Below, one piece after another: positions 20,233 through 30,833 of a stretch of DNA of 64,000 nucleotides. How positions within the stretch are numbered: the first letter of the stretch is position 1; the number at the start of each line of letters is the position of its first letter. The stretch is taken from NCBI GenBank assembly GCA_043815505.1, contig JBDRIV010000002.1, positions 116,784 through 180,783 of the forward strand, read 5' to 3'. The stretch comes from a bacterium (GTDB lineage Bacteria > Patescibacteriota > JABMPQ01 > JBDRIV01). The notes under the pieces are model-generated. The model searched no databases and was not told the origin of the DNA. It saw only the letters and a list, made by a program, of their open reading frames with translations. The translations under genes and the position numbers were made by a program.

Positions 20233-21810
20233 ATGGTTAAGGAATTCATACAAAAACTGGAAAACAAAAATTACAATTTTGCCTCGTGGTTAGCACTAAT
20301 TGCTAGTGTTATTATTGTACGCGTGATTCTGGAAAGTGTTTCGTCCAACGGCTATAATCCCTACAATCTAGTAAACATACTTCATCTTACCATTTTCTTT
20401 CTCACGTTGCTATTGTCTTTAATTTTAGTAGCGGCGTTTTTTACAAAAGAGAGAATAGAACAGATTTCGAAGTTTTTTGCCTTTGGTTTCTTTTTGTTGT
20501 GGTCGGCGCCAATTGTTGATTTGTTGCTTTCTTGGGGCAAGGGTTACCAAATGGCCTATATGTTTGTAGGCATAAATGATTTAATTTCCAACTTATTTTC
20601 CTTTTTTGGACCAATTTTAAGTCCCGGAATTACTTTTGGTATGCGCGTGCAAATTCTGCTCGCTATGCTTGCTCTTACTTGGTATGTCTGGCACAAAACT
20701 AGATCTTTATGGAAAGCGGTTTCCACTTTTATAGTTTCCTATTTAGTGGCCTTTTTTTACGGAGCTTTGCCTTCGCTATTTGTTTATGTTGCTCATCCGG
20801 CGCATTTAGATTCTGGGCGGGAAGAAATAATTGATACCTTGTTTACTCCTAAATCAATTTTTGCCATTGAATTTTTTGATACCGAAAAACTTTTTGATGT
20901 GCACATGGCTTTAGTTCTTTTGCCGATTTTAATTATCCAATTACTGATTTGGTACGGTTTAATAAGTAAAGAAAAATTGTGGGCCTTCTTGAAGAACTTG
21001 CGTTTGTTAAGATTATTGTTTCAGATTGTGGCTCTGGGCTCAGGAATTTATTTAGGTTCCATTGTTTTAAATCAGCCTCTAGATCTTTCGGCCGCCGGAA
21101 TTTTGATGGTGCTGGCCTTGGCATTAGCAGTAATTTCTGCTTGGTCATTTTCTGTAATTGTAAATGACTATTATGATACTGCTATTGATGCCGTTACAAA
21201 TAAAAACCGACCCCTAATTAAAAAAACTATCAGCCAAGAAGAATTTATTTATTTAGGAGTCGTTTCTTTTATAATTTCAGTCCTAGCCGCTGGCATTGTT
21301 GGTTATGTATTCTTCTTGCTGATAATGGGCATAAACGCGCTTTCCTATGTTTATTCAGCTCTACCATTGCGTTTAAGGCGCTTTCCTTTTCTCACTTCCT
21401 TTGTGATAGCCTTGGCCACTCTTTTTATTGCCATGTCCGGCTTTGCTCTATTTACTGGTGACAATAATCTGTCCTCGTTTCCTAAAAGCATAATTGGTCT
21501 TATTCTAATTATTTTCACTCTGGTTTTAAATGCCAAAGATATAAAAGATCGTGAAGGTGATAAGGCTAATAACGTTATTACTATACCGACACTTTTAGGA
21601 GAGCGCGCTGGCAAATTGGTAATAGGAACTTTAATTTTTGCCTCCTTTACTCTCTTTGCTATAATCTTGCAGAATTTTATGCTGTTTGTTGGTTCGCTGG
21701 GATTTGGAATAGTTGGTTTCTTTCTGGTCTATGATAAAAGGGCTAAAGAAAAATATGTTTTTATTCTTTATGCCCTCTATATGATTTTAGTTTTGCTGAC
21801 TACTTTTTAA
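20233..21810 (+). CDS. membrane protein with a C-terminal UbiA-family prenyltransferase domain
   Basis: NDYYDTAIDAVTNKNRP (NDxxDxxxD) and KDIKDREGDKANNVITIP motifs in the C-terminal half. The N-terminal about 290 aa form an extra multi-TM domain. Confidence 0.65.
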   Translation: MVKEFIQKLENKNYNFASWLALIASVIIVRVILESVSSNGYNPYNLVNILHLTIFFLTLLLSLILVAAFFTKERIEQISKFFAFGFFLLWSAPIVDLLLSWGKGYQMAYMFVGINDLISNLFSFFGPILSPGITFGMRVQILLAMLALTWYVWHKTRSLWKAVSTFIVSYLVAFFYGALPSLFVYVAHPAHLDSGREEIIDTLFTPKSIFAIEFFDTEKLFDVHMALVLLPILIIQLLIWYGLISKEKLWAFLKNLRLLRLLFQIVALGSGIYLGSIVLNQPLDLSAAGILMVLALALAVISAWSFSVIVNDYYDTAIDAVTNKNRPLIKKTISQEEFIYLGVVSFIISVLAAGIVGYVFFLLIMGINALSYVYSALPLRLRRFPFLTSFVIALATLFIAMSGFALFTGDNNLSSFPKSIIGLILIIFTLVLNAKDIKDREGDKANNVITIPTLLGERAGKLVIGTLIFASFTLFAIILQNFMLFVGSLGFGIVGFFLVYDKRAKEKYVFILYALYMILVLLTTF

Positions 21811-23963
21811 TCAAGTTCAATTTCGTCGCCTTTGTTTTTTACGGTTAATGGTGCCACCGCTGCGGCGATTTTTTTATTGCCACTTCTTTGAAAGGTAATT
21901 TCTAAAATACCATTTTGATAGTTTTTAACAACGCCTTCACCAAAATATGGATGATCTATCACATCGCCTTTGTTGTAGTGAGGTAATTCTTCTAAGATTT
22001 CATCGGAGAAAGGGACAACGTCATTAAAATCTTCTGTACTGGCAAATTGATCACTTTTTATGGCGTCTAAAAAGCGTGACGGCATGCTGTAATTAGTTTG
22101 ACCAAAAATTGTACGTTTATGAGTGAGTAGTAAAAAGAGGTTTTTCATGGCACGCGTAATTCCCACATAAAATAATCTTCTTTCTTCTTCAATTTGGCTT
22201 GCATCCATCATGCTATTGGTGTGCGGAAATAAACCTTCTTCTACTCCAATCACAAAAATAACCGGAAATTCCAAACCTTTAGCAGCGTGGCAGGTCATTA
22301 AAGTAACAGAATTCTTTTCGTCTCGCATTTGATCAATGTCACTCATTAAGGCAATTTCTTCCAAGAAAGTTGTTAAAGCTTCTTCTAATGGTAAGCCATC
22401 ATATTTGGCGGCCAAACTTTTCAATTCCATAACATTTTCCCAGCGCGTTTCTCCTTCATCAGTTCCGTCCTGTAAATATTTTTTATAACCACTGGAAACG
22501 GTGATCTGATCAAAAACTTCAGTCAAAGAAGGTTTAGTTAAAGCCCGAACATTATTAAAAATGTTAACAAAATCTTTAAGTGAGTTTTTTGCTGTGGGGG
22601 TTATAGCGAGTGGTAGTTTGCCGTCAACAATATATGTAATTAAGGTTAAAAAGTCTTCGTGGTGCTCAAATCTGGCTTGTAGAAGACGATTGAGTGTAAC
22701 GTGGCCGATGTAGCGAGCAGGCTCATTTATAATTCTGGCTAAACTTATTTCGTCGTTAGGATTTTGTAGAAGCCGAAGATAAGCAATAATATCTTTAATT
22801 TCTTTACGTTCATAGAAACGCACGCCGCCCACAATTTGATAAGGTGTTTGTGTTTGTAAAAACATTTCTTCAATCGCTCTCGACTGAGCGTTAGTGCGAT
22901 ACAAAATGGCCACTTCTGATAAGCTTTTTATAACGCCGCGCCTTTTTAAAGCTTCTACTGTTTCAATAATAGTTTTGCCTTCATCATATTCTGTGCGGAC
23001 TTGGGAAAGTTTAACTTCTTCGCCAGGAGGATTTTTGGTCCACAATTTCTTTTCCATTTGTTTAGTGTTGGCGGCAATAACTTCATTGGCAACATCTAAA
23101 ATATTTTTTGTCGAGCGATAATTTTGTTCCAACTTTACTACTACGGCTTCGGGAAAGTCTTTTTCAAAATTTAAAATATTCCTGATGTCAGCGCCGCGAA
23201 AACCATAAATACTTTGAGCGTCATCACCTACCACGCAAATATTGCGATGTTTGTCCGCTAGGAGCATAACTAATTTGTATTGAGCATGATTAGTGTCTTG
23301 ATACTCGTCAACTAAAATATACTGATATTGTTTTTGATATTTCTTTAAGATTTCCGGATTAGCTTCAAATATTTTTACAGTTTTCATTAACAAATCATCG
23401 AAGTCGAGAGCATTATTAGTTTTTAAAATTCTTTGATACACTGGATAAATTTTAGCCACGATTTTTTCGATGTATTCTAAGTTCTTATCAGCCAAGTTCT
23501 CTGGTTCAATCAGCTCATTTTTATTTTTAGAAATTAGGGAGAGAATCATTTGAGGGGCAAACTGTTTGGTGGAAATGTTTACTTCTTTCATAGCCGCTTT
23601 AACAGTACGCAGTTGATCATCAGTATCATAAATTGCAAAACTCTTTTTAAAATCAAGAACAGTAATTTCTTGTCTTAAAATGCGTACACAAAAAGAATGA
23701 AAGGTTCCGACAAATGGTTGCGCTGAATTTGTTTTGCCAGACAATAAGGAGGCGACGCGTGTTTTCATTTCCCCGGCCGCTTTGTTGGTAAATGTGACCG
23801 CCAAAATTTGCTCTGGGCGTATACCTTGTTCAATTAAATAGGCTAAACGATAGGTTAGAGTTCTAGTTTTGCCTGACCCAGCACCAGCAATAATCAAAAC
23901 AGGCCCTTCAAGTGTCTGGCAGGCTCGTAGTTGTTCGGGATTTAAGTCTTTCTCTAAATTCAT
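21807..23963 (-). CDS. pcrA: ATP-dependent DNA helicase PcrA/UvrD
   Basis: Walker A AGAGSGKTRTLTYR, helicase motifs II-VI; 718 aa. Confidence 0.9.
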   Translation of the reverse strand: MNLEKDLNPEQLRACQTLEGPVLIIAGAGSGKTRTLTYRLAYLIEQGIRPEQILAVTFTNKAAGEMKTRVASLLSGKTNSAQPFVGTFHSFCVRILRQEITVLDFKKSFAIYDTDDQLRTVKAAMKEVNISTKQFAPQMILSLISKNKNELIEPENLADKNLEYIEKIVAKIYPVYQRILKTNNALDFDDLLMKTVKIFEANPEILKKYQKQYQYILVDEYQDTNHAQYKLVMLLADKHRNICVVGDDAQSIYGFRGADIRNILNFEKDFPEAVVVKLEQNYRSTKNILDVANEVIAANTKQMEKKLWTKNPPGEEVKLSQVRTEYDEGKTIIETVEALKRRGVIKSLSEVAILYRTNAQSRAIEEMFLQTQTPYQIVGGVRFYERKEIKDIIAYLRLLQNPNDEISLARIINEPARYIGHVTLNRLLQARFEHHEDFLTLITYIVDGKLPLAITPTAKNSLKDFVNIFNNVRALTKPSLTEVFDQITVSSGYKKYLQDGTDEGETRWENVMELKSLAAKYDGLPLEEALTTFLEEIALMSDIDQMRDEKNSVTLMTCHAAKGLEFPVIFVIGVEEGLFPHTNSMMDASQIEEERRLFYVGITRAMKNLFLLLTHKRTIFGQTNYSMPSRFLDAIKSDQFASTEDFNDVVPFSDEILEELPHYNKGDVIDHPYFGEGVVKNYQNGILEITFQRSGNKKIAAAVAPLTVKNKGDEIELD

Positions 23964-24065
23964 GTTTTCCTATTATAACATATTAAAAATTTGGCTTCAG
24001 GTGGCTTTTTTGTGTACAAACGCCTTGACGGAAAAACCCAGTGTTGTACCATAATTATACCAATT

Positions 24066-25331
24066 ATGTTTAAAAAAATAACTCTAAGCGAAGAACAAAA
24101 AAACGAGCTTTGGAAGAAAGTACGAAAGTATATGGCCCAAGGTGTTTTTATTATCCTAACATTACTTGTTACCAGTTTTAATGTCCAGGCCTATTTTGCC
24201 GAAGATGCCAATGAGGTGCGTGACGGAGGTTTTGGCGCCATTGACGAAGAAAAAAATGTCTTAGCGTTTTTAACTCAAGAAGAAGCGGTGGAGGTTATTC
24301 CCAATAATAATTTAACTTACGAAGAAAAAAGTGTAGAAGAAAGTTTTTCCGAAGAATCTTTAGCATCGGCTCAAGGTTTTGTGGCGGGTTCAAAAACAAC
24401 AGCTACGGAAGATGAAATTGGTAGTGCGGTGGAAGAATTGGCAACTGTTCAAGGTGAGGCGCTACAAAAAACTAGCTCACCCGACGGTGACTTACCAGAC
24501 ACTCCCGGACAAGGCGATAGAGTAATTCAATATACAATTCAACCTGGTGATACTCTTTCAACCATTGCTGCTAAGTTTGGTGTTTCTACTGAAGTAGTTT
24601 ATTGGGAAAATAAATCTCGAGGTTTATATATTGACAGCGCTCTAAAGCCAGGAGATGAATTGGGAATTCCTATATTTGAAGGCGTTACTCATCAAGTGGG
24701 TTCGGGTGATACAATAGAAAAAATTGCTGCCATATTTGAAGCTGATGCGGATGAAATAGTTCTATATAATGATTTAAATAATGCAGAAGATATTAGCATT
24801 GGCCAAATTCTCTACATTCCTGGTGGCGAGAAAGCTGATCCGGAGAAAAAACCAGTTCCCCAAGCACCAACCAGTATCGCTTCCAATTATGGTTACGGAT
24901 CAAATACCAGTGTAGCAGCAACTAATTATGGAACACCGCAAGCTGCCACCGGATCATTGTTGTGGCCAACATCTTCACGTTCTTACACCACAACTTTTAG
25001 TTATCGTCATCCCGCTCTTGATATTACCACTGGTGGTAATTGTTCTAATTTACCTTTGTATGCCGCCGACAACGGCCGCGTAACCGTTTCCAGTTATGGT
25101 TATAATGGTGGTTATGGTAATCGTTTGTGTATTGATCATGGTAATGGTATTACCACTTGTCATAATCATAATTCATCAAATGTAGCTGGTGTTGGTCAAT
25201 ATGTGAGCAGGGGTGAAGTGGTGGCTTATATGGGACGCACTGGACGAGCTTACGGCAGTTGTGCTATTCACACTCATTTTGAAGTTATCGTCAATGGTAG
25301 AAAGGTTAATCCTCTGAATTATATTAGATAA
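24066..25331 (+). CDS. LysM-domain M23 family metallopeptidase
   Basis: N-terminal TM segment, two LysM repeats (GDTLSTIAAKFGV; GDTIEKIAAIFEA), C-terminal M23 motif HxH (CAIHTHFEV). Start set at MFKKI. Confidence 0.75.
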   Translation: MFKKITLSEEQKNELWKKVRKYMAQGVFIILTLLVTSFNVQAYFAEDANEVRDGGFGAIDEEKNVLAFLTQEEAVEVIPNNNLTYEEKSVEESFSEESLASAQGFVAGSKTTATEDEIGSAVEELATVQGEALQKTSSPDGDLPDTPGQGDRVIQYTIQPGDTLSTIAAKFGVSTEVVYWENKSRGLYIDSALKPGDELGIPIFEGVTHQVGSGDTIEKIAAIFEADADEIVLYNDLNNAEDISIGQILYIPGGEKADPEKKPVPQAPTSIASNYGYGSNTSVAATNYGTPQAATGSLLWPTSSRSYTTTFSYRHPALDITTGGNCSNLPLYAADNGRVTVSSYGYNGGYGNRLCIDHGNGITTCHNHNSSNVAGVGQYVSRGEVVAYMGRTGRAYGSCAIHTHFEVIVNGRKVNPLNYIR

Positions 25332-25385
25332 GTTTGTAATTTCTATACGTTCTTTTAGAAGCGGTCCCTTAAACAGGAGGAGAAA

Positions 25386-25700
25386 ATGAATATCAGGCAA
25401 AGGTTTGAAAGAGTCTTTAGAATTCTCGTAGATGTTCCGAATAGTGTCGAACAGTGGCTAGGGTGGATGGTTTTTTTGGAAATATTTCCCTTTTATTGTG
25501 TTTGCATGATCATTCCTTTGCTATTGTTAAAAAGTGTGTCTGGTGATGTTTTGTCCACAGTATGGTTAGTTTCAATGATCGTAATGATAACGGTGTTTTG
25601 GATAGTAGTAGGAACAGGCCAATATAATAAGCGTCTCGCTACTTACTACAAGCAGAAGAAGGAAGACACTGGGAAAAGCATGAACAATGAAACAGGGTGA
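25386..25700 (+). CDS. small 2-TM membrane protein, hypothetical
   Basis: ORF with two hydrophobic helices; GGAGG SD-like sequence upstream. Confidence 0.4.
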   Translation: MNIRQRFERVFRILVDVPNSVEQWLGWMVFLEIFPFYCVCMIIPLLLLKSVSGDVLSTVWLVSMIVMITVFWIVVGTGQYNKRLATYYKQKKEDTGKSMNNETG

Positions 25701-25773
25701 AGCTGCTTACAATTCAAACACCCCTACTATTTTTGTAATAGAAGGGGTATTTTCAATTATATTTTATTCATTT

Positions 25774-26367
25774 TTAGTAACCAAGAGATTTGGCGATTGA
25801 TAGAACGCGATTAACGTAGGAGTAACTATGGTTATAACTAAGTAAGGCTCTGTTAATGTTGTCTTTACCTCCGCTATGGGATAATAAATTAGCAGCCGAG
25901 TATATAGCATCATTAACATTATTGATTTGAGCGATGTTATCACCATTACCGTCAGTTCCGTAAGCGCGAAATGTTGAGGGGATGAACTGCATTGGTCCTT
26001 GCGCTCCGGCATAACTTCTTATAAAAGAATCACCAGAACGTTTTGTTTCTACGTAATGGACAGCTGACAGAACTTCCCAGGGCACATCATATTTTTTAGC
26101 AGCTTGGCGATAGATACGATCATAACCAGTGGTATCAACAAAAGCTTCCGCATAAACTGCTGGTTGCAAATAACTCTTGGCAGCAAGATTTTTGTTGTAT
26201 TCAATTATTAAGGAATCTGAAGATTGGTTTAGAGGTGAAGTTAAATGGGTGAAAGAGTTGTTGTCCAATTTATTTAAATTCACACTTTGCCCGTTAGCAG
26301 CTTGAGGAAATAATAGTGTAACTATTATAGCCGACAAGGTGAGGGCGATTATTATGTTTTTAGACAT
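25774..26367 (-). CDS. secreted lytic transglycosylase (SLT domain)
   Basis: Signal peptide; E..S....A.S..GA.GPMQFIPSTF motif. Confidence 0.65.
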   Translation of the reverse strand: MSKNIIIALTLSAIIVTLLFPQAANGQSVNLNKLDNNSFTHLTSPLNQSSDSLIIEYNKNLAAKSYLQPAVYAEAFVDTTGYDRIYRQAAKKYDVPWEVLSAVHYVETKRSGDSFIRSYAGAQGPMQFIPSTFRAYGTDGNGDNIAQINNVNDAIYSAANLLSHSGGKDNINRALLSYNHSYSYVNRVLSIAKSLGY

Positions 26368-26595
26368 AATTATATTTGGTAAGCTAGGGAAGATTTTGCG
26401 CTACTATAGTCGGGTTTTGATATAGTTATCATTAAGGTAAGCCTAAACATAGGCTTAACCGACGAGTGAGCGGTACTATTAAATAAGTACTTCTTTTAGC
26501 TTGTTTTAAACAAAAACAGGCTTTTACACCTGTACCAAATACTCACCAGATATTAGCAAATTATATGCTATTTGTCAATACTTTGTGGATCTTAA

Positions 26596-27180
26596 TTATT
26601 TTCTCTTTTTTACCGCCTCTTTCCACAACATGCTTTCATGGGCTTTTGATTTAGAATGATATTTACTTCCAAGACGTTTAGTATATGGGGTTTCTACAGC
26701 TGATGACATCATTTCAAAAACAATCTGACAAATTCTCATTCCCGGACGTAAGATTACTGGCATGACACCAATGTTAGTAATCTCTAAAGTTAAATTTCCT
26801 TTGAAGCCAGCATCAACATGACCAGCAGTAGAGTGTACAATAATTCCAATTCTTCCCAGTGATGAACGACCATCAATTCGGACTGATAGGTCATTTGGCA
26901 ATTCAATTGCTTCTTTTGTAACGCCTAAAACAAAATCATGAGGATGAACTATAAAACCCTTATTTTTTTCAATAACAATTTCTGAGGTTAAATCCTTAAA
27001 GCTGGCTGGATCAGAAACATCAATGCTTGATTTTTGAGTATGATTATAAACTCTGAAGACATTGCCTAACTTCATATCAAGTGAACCGGTAGAAAGCGCA
27101 GATTTTAGATCTGGTGCCGGAGTCATTTTTATTCTACCACTTTTTAAGGCTTTTTTAATGTCTTTATCAGATAAAATCAT
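26596..27180 (-). CDS. dcd: dCTP deaminase
   Basis: MILSDKDIKKAL N-terminus, VHSTAGHVDAGFKGNLTLEI motif. Confidence 0.85.
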   Translation of the reverse strand: MILSDKDIKKALKSGRIKMTPAPDLKSALSTGSLDMKLGNVFRVYNHTQKSSIDVSDPASFKDLTSEIVIEKNKGFIVHPHDFVLGVTKEAIELPNDLSVRIDGRSSLGRIGIIVHSTAGHVDAGFKGNLTLEITNIGVMPVILRPGMRICQIVFEMMSSAVETPYTKRLGSKYHSKSKAHESMLWKEAVKKRK

Positions 27181-27755
27181 AGATTTTTGTTAAGTTTTTT
27201 AACTTTGACTGATTTTAAATTTAGAGCCTTAAGTTTATTGTAAGAAATCAAAGAAATAAATGAAAGCACAGGAACAAATAATAAATTGCCAATTAAATTA
27301 AATCTCAAAAAAGGTAAACCAGCCATAAAAGAAGCTAGTAGCCCAGACAAATCTTTGGTGTACATGGGGGTGGTTGCCCAAACACCAAAGTTAGTGAAAA
27401 GATAAAAGAAAATTCCCACCAGCAAACTAGCACCAGTTAAAGCTAAAGTTTTTTTACCAACTTTGTTATTAGAAATTCTTTTTAGGAAAATGCCTGAAAG
27501 GCCAATTATTATCCAAGCTGACCAAGTGAATATAAAAATATTAGAATTGCCAATAATGAAATCGGAAATACCAATGGTCAACAATGGTACAAAAATTGCA
27601 TAAACGCCACCAAGAATTGATCCACCAAGCATGGAAATAGCAGTAATGGGTTCTACGTTAGGAAATGAAGCAAAGTATTCAATGCGCACAAAACGCAAAA
27701 CAACACCTAGTACAACTAGGCTTAAGGCAAATATAAATTTCAGATACTTATTCAT
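27177..27755 (-). CDS. 6-TM membrane protein, possible ECF-type substrate-binding (S) component (cobalamin-related by context only)
   Basis: About 190 aa, six predicted TM helices. Translationally coupled between dcd and the corrinoid adenosyltransferase. Confidence 0.35.
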   Translation of the reverse strand: MNKYLKFIFALSLVVLGVVLRFVRIEYFASFPNVEPITAISMLGGSILGGVYAIFVPLLTIGISDFIIGNSNIFIFTWSAWIIIGLSGIFLKRISNNKVGKKTLALTGASLLVGIFFYLFTNFGVWATTPMYTKDLSGLLASFMAGLPFLRFNLIGNLLFVPVLSFISLISYNKLKALNLKSVKVKKLNKNL

Positions 27756-27765
27756 TTTTATTCTT

Positions 27766-28299
27766 TTAAAATTCTAGTCCTTGCTTTCCCATCTCCTTAT
27801 CGTCAAAATAATGTTTAACACTTTTTACATCAGAAACGAGATCAGCCTTTTTTATAAAACTTTTAGGAGCATCGCGTCCAGTTAAAACAATTGTAACAAA
27901 AGAAGGTTTTTTAGCAATCACTTTTAGAACTTCTCTCGGCTCTAACAATTTTAAGGAACAAGCCACGTTTATTTCATCTAAAACAACAATATCATGCTTG
28001 CCGGCTGTTATAATTTTAGCAGTTTCAGCCAAAGCTTTTTTAGCTGCTGTTTTATGGTCTGAAAGTGGTAATTTGTCTCCCATTATACCCACAAAACCCA
28101 AGCCAAACTTTTTTAAAGTAATTCTGGGAATTGTTTTTACGGCCTTATCTTCACCAGATGGCCAGGGGCCCTTTATAAACTGAGCAAAGTATACTTTCTT
28201 TCCGTTACCAACCGCTCTAACGCTTAAACCTAGGGCGGCGGTTGTTTTTCCTTTGCCGTCACCGGTATAAATGAGAATTTTCCCTGGTGACTTATTCAT
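27766..28299 (-). CDS. cob(I)alamin/cob(I)yrinic acid a,c-diamide adenosyltransferase (CobA/CobO/BtuR family)
   Basis: P-loop GDGKGKTTAALG. Confidence 0.8.
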   Translation of the reverse strand: MNKSPGKILIYTGDGKGKTTAALGLSVRAVGNGKKVYFAQFIKGPWPSGEDKAVKTIPRITLKKFGLGFVGIMGDKLPLSDHKTAAKKALAETAKIITAGKHDIVVLDEINVACSLKLLEPREVLKVIAKKPSFVTIVLTGRDAPKSFIKKADLVSDVKSVKHYFDDKEMGKQGLEF

Positions 28300-28300
28300 T

Positions 28301-30802
28301 TTAGTGATCAGAACAAGATTTAGTTAACTGTCCATCCTTAAATTCAATTTTGCAAGCACCTTTGCCGTTAGCAGATTCGTCATTTTTCTTTTCCATATTG
28401 GCATCAGTAGAAAGAACTTGTTCAGAACGACTATGATCGCGATAAACTGTTACACCTTTACAACCGAGGTCATAAGCCATTTCGTAAACTTCTTTAGTTT
28501 GATCAACTGTGAAATCAGCGGGAGCGTTAGCGGTTTTGCTAATGGAAGAGTCTGTCCATTTTTGCACAGCGGCTTGAACTTTAATATGATCCAGTGGATC
28601 AAGATCCATGGCGGAAACAAAATAATCAGGCAAAGTTCCATCCTCTTTTTGGTATTGTTTAGCTAAAGGAATAGAAACTTTGTGGAAACCTAGTCGTGAT
28701 TGACGATAGAATTCAAATTCATAAAATGGTTCAATACCAGTTGAAGTACCAAGCATAGTACCTACCGATCCGGTTGGAGCTTGAGTGGTTAAGGTAACAT
28801 TTCTGATGCCATTTTCTTTAATGACTTTTTTAACTTTTTCTGGCAAAGTTTTAATAAAACCGGTCTCAAGGAATTTATCACGTTCATATTTAGGGAAGGT
28901 TCCTTTTTCTGCTGCCAATTCTGATGAAGTTAAATACATATTAGTGGTAATGCATTCATAAATTTTATCAATCATTTTAATTGATTCAGCACTACCATAT
29001 TTTAAGCGCAGTTTAATTAACATTTCACCAAGTCCAATGGTGCCACCGCCAACTCTTCTTTCTCGCTTTTGGTTTTCTTCGTTTTCGGCGAAATGATAAG
29101 CTGATAAATCAATAACATTATCAAGGAAACGAGTTAAAACGCGAGCTGAGTGGGCTAATTTATCCCAATCAACATCGTAGAGCGGACCTTCTTTGTCTTT
29201 GCCAGAAACTTTTAGAAAAGTGGGTAAATTCAAATGTCCTAAATTACAAACTCCCCACCCAGGTAGTCCTTGTTCGCCACAAGGGTTGGTGGCAGTTAAG
29301 GTGTTGTAATAGGAAGAATTGCTTAATTTGTTGTAGCGTTCCATAAAGACAACTCCTGGTTCAGCGCTGGCATGGGCAGAGGTAATAATTTTGTCCCACA
29401 ATTCTCTAGCCTTTACAATTTTATAAACTTTGGTTGGATAACCCTTGGCTTTCCAGGCCCAGATATCACCTTCCCATTCAGTGTCATAAATATCATTATA
29501 AGCTGGGTCTTCATAATCAGGATATTCCAGTGGCCAGTCAGCATCATTTTTCAAAGCTTCCATAAAATGGTCAGAAACCATTACTGAGATGTTGGCATTT
29601 TCCAAAGTTCCTTTATCCATTTTAGCTTCAATAAAATCTACCACATCTGGATGCCAATCAGCTTGCATTAACATTAAAGCGCCTCTTCTCGCTCCACCTT
29701 GTTCTACTAATCCGGTGGCAAAAGAGAAAATTCCACCCCAAGAAACACTGCCCGAAGAACGACCGTGTACACCTCGAACATAAGCCAAACGTGGTCGCAA
29801 AGAAGATAAAGACAAACCAACACCGCCGCCCCGAGCCATAATTTCAATTAATTGAAACAATGCTTCTTTAATTATTGATCCTCGTGAGTCAGCTGGATTT
29901 GGTATTACAAAGCAGTTATAAAGAGTTAAATTTTCTGTATATTTTCCATCTTCGCCAACATTGGCTCCGGTCATAATGCGGCCACCAGGTTGCAGATGTT
30001 TTTGACGCAATTGATCTAAAAATTCTTTTTCCCAATGTTCTTGTTGTTCTTCGGGTTCAATACTGGCAATAGCTTTAGCAATACGTTGATAAGAATCATC
30101 AATGGCTTCTCGAGGTTTTTCACATTTTAGTAAATCTTGAGTAAATTCAAAATTACTTTCTTTGTCGGCATAAACTCCTGTTACCATGTGTAATTTCACT
30201 TCTTGATTTCTAGCATCAATTTCTTTAACAATACCTAAATCTTTTTTAGGATATTTAATTTCGTCTTTAGTTATTACAATTACCAAATCACCTTCAGCAA
30301 TATCATCACGTTTAGTTTTAATGGAATAACGATCTAAAAATATAAGTCTTCCAATTTCATCAAAATTAGCAGACTTGTTTAAAACATGGACGGCTTGGCG
30401 AGACATTTTTACGCCCAGTTTTTTTAGTTCCAAAACTTCTTTTACATCTTCACCAAGCTCGGCTTCTCTTTCTTCAGTTCTTTTAGCGCGATAAAGAATA
30501 TAAGCTTTAGCAGTTTTAGCGTGGCCCTCTTCAATAAGAATCTTTTCTACCTTATCTTGAATTTCTTCTACTGTTGGTTGTTCAATATCCTGAACAGATT
30601 TAACTACTTTAGCAGCAATCTTCTCTGCTAATTTTCTATCTGAACCACCTACAGCTTTGGCCGCTTTAAAAATGGCTTCAGTGATTTTGTTATTATCAAA
30701 ATCAACTACATCACCATTTCGTTTTCTTATTTTTAGTGGACCCTTCACAAATTTTGCTTGGGTTTGAATTTTGGTTGTTGTTTTTGTTTGATTGTCTCGC
30801 AC
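28301..30802 (-). CDS. nrdJ: adenosylcobalamin-dependent (class II) ribonucleotide reductase with N-terminal ATP-cone
   Basis: ATP-cone (VVDFDNNKITEAIFKA); catalytic core NPCGEQGLPGWGVCNLG with the thiyl Cys; 833 aa. Confidence 0.9.
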   Translation of the reverse strand: MRDNQTKTTTKIQTQAKFVKGPLKIRKRNGDVVDFDNNKITEAIFKAAKAVGGSDRKLAEKIAAKVVKSVQDIEQPTVEEIQDKVEKILIEEGHAKTAKAYILYRAKRTEEREAELGEDVKEVLELKKLGVKMSRQAVHVLNKSANFDEIGRLIFLDRYSIKTKRDDIAEGDLVIVITKDEIKYPKKDLGIVKEIDARNQEVKLHMVTGVYADKESNFEFTQDLLKCEKPREAIDDSYQRIAKAIASIEPEEQQEHWEKEFLDQLRQKHLQPGGRIMTGANVGEDGKYTENLTLYNCFVIPNPADSRGSIIKEALFQLIEIMARGGGVGLSLSSLRPRLAYVRGVHGRSSGSVSWGGIFSFATGLVEQGGARRGALMLMQADWHPDVVDFIEAKMDKGTLENANISVMVSDHFMEALKNDADWPLEYPDYEDPAYNDIYDTEWEGDIWAWKAKGYPTKVYKIVKARELWDKIITSAHASAEPGVVFMERYNKLSNSSYYNTLTATNPCGEQGLPGWGVCNLGHLNLPTFLKVSGKDKEGPLYDVDWDKLAHSARVLTRFLDNVIDLSAYHFAENEENQKRERRVGGGTIGLGEMLIKLRLKYGSAESIKMIDKIYECITTNMYLTSSELAAEKGTFPKYERDKFLETGFIKTLPEKVKKVIKENGIRNVTLTTQAPTGSVGTMLGTSTGIEPFYEFEFYRQSRLGFHKVSIPLAKQYQKEDGTLPDYFVSAMDLDPLDHIKVQAAVQKWTDSSISKTANAPADFTVDQTKEVYEMAYDLGCKGVTVYRDHSRSEQVLSTDANMEKKNDESANGKGACKIEFKDGQLTKSCSDH

Positions 30803-30833
30803 ATTTTTTGATTAATTATGTGAATAGAATTAT

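Noticed and set aside
26368-26595. Possible riboswitch (for example c-di-AMP/ydaO) in the 228-bp 5' region of the lytic transglycosylase gene
   Set aside because: It has only short hairpins (TAAGCCTAAACATAGGCTTA) and I could not match a known riboswitch core from memory. It is too weak to report.
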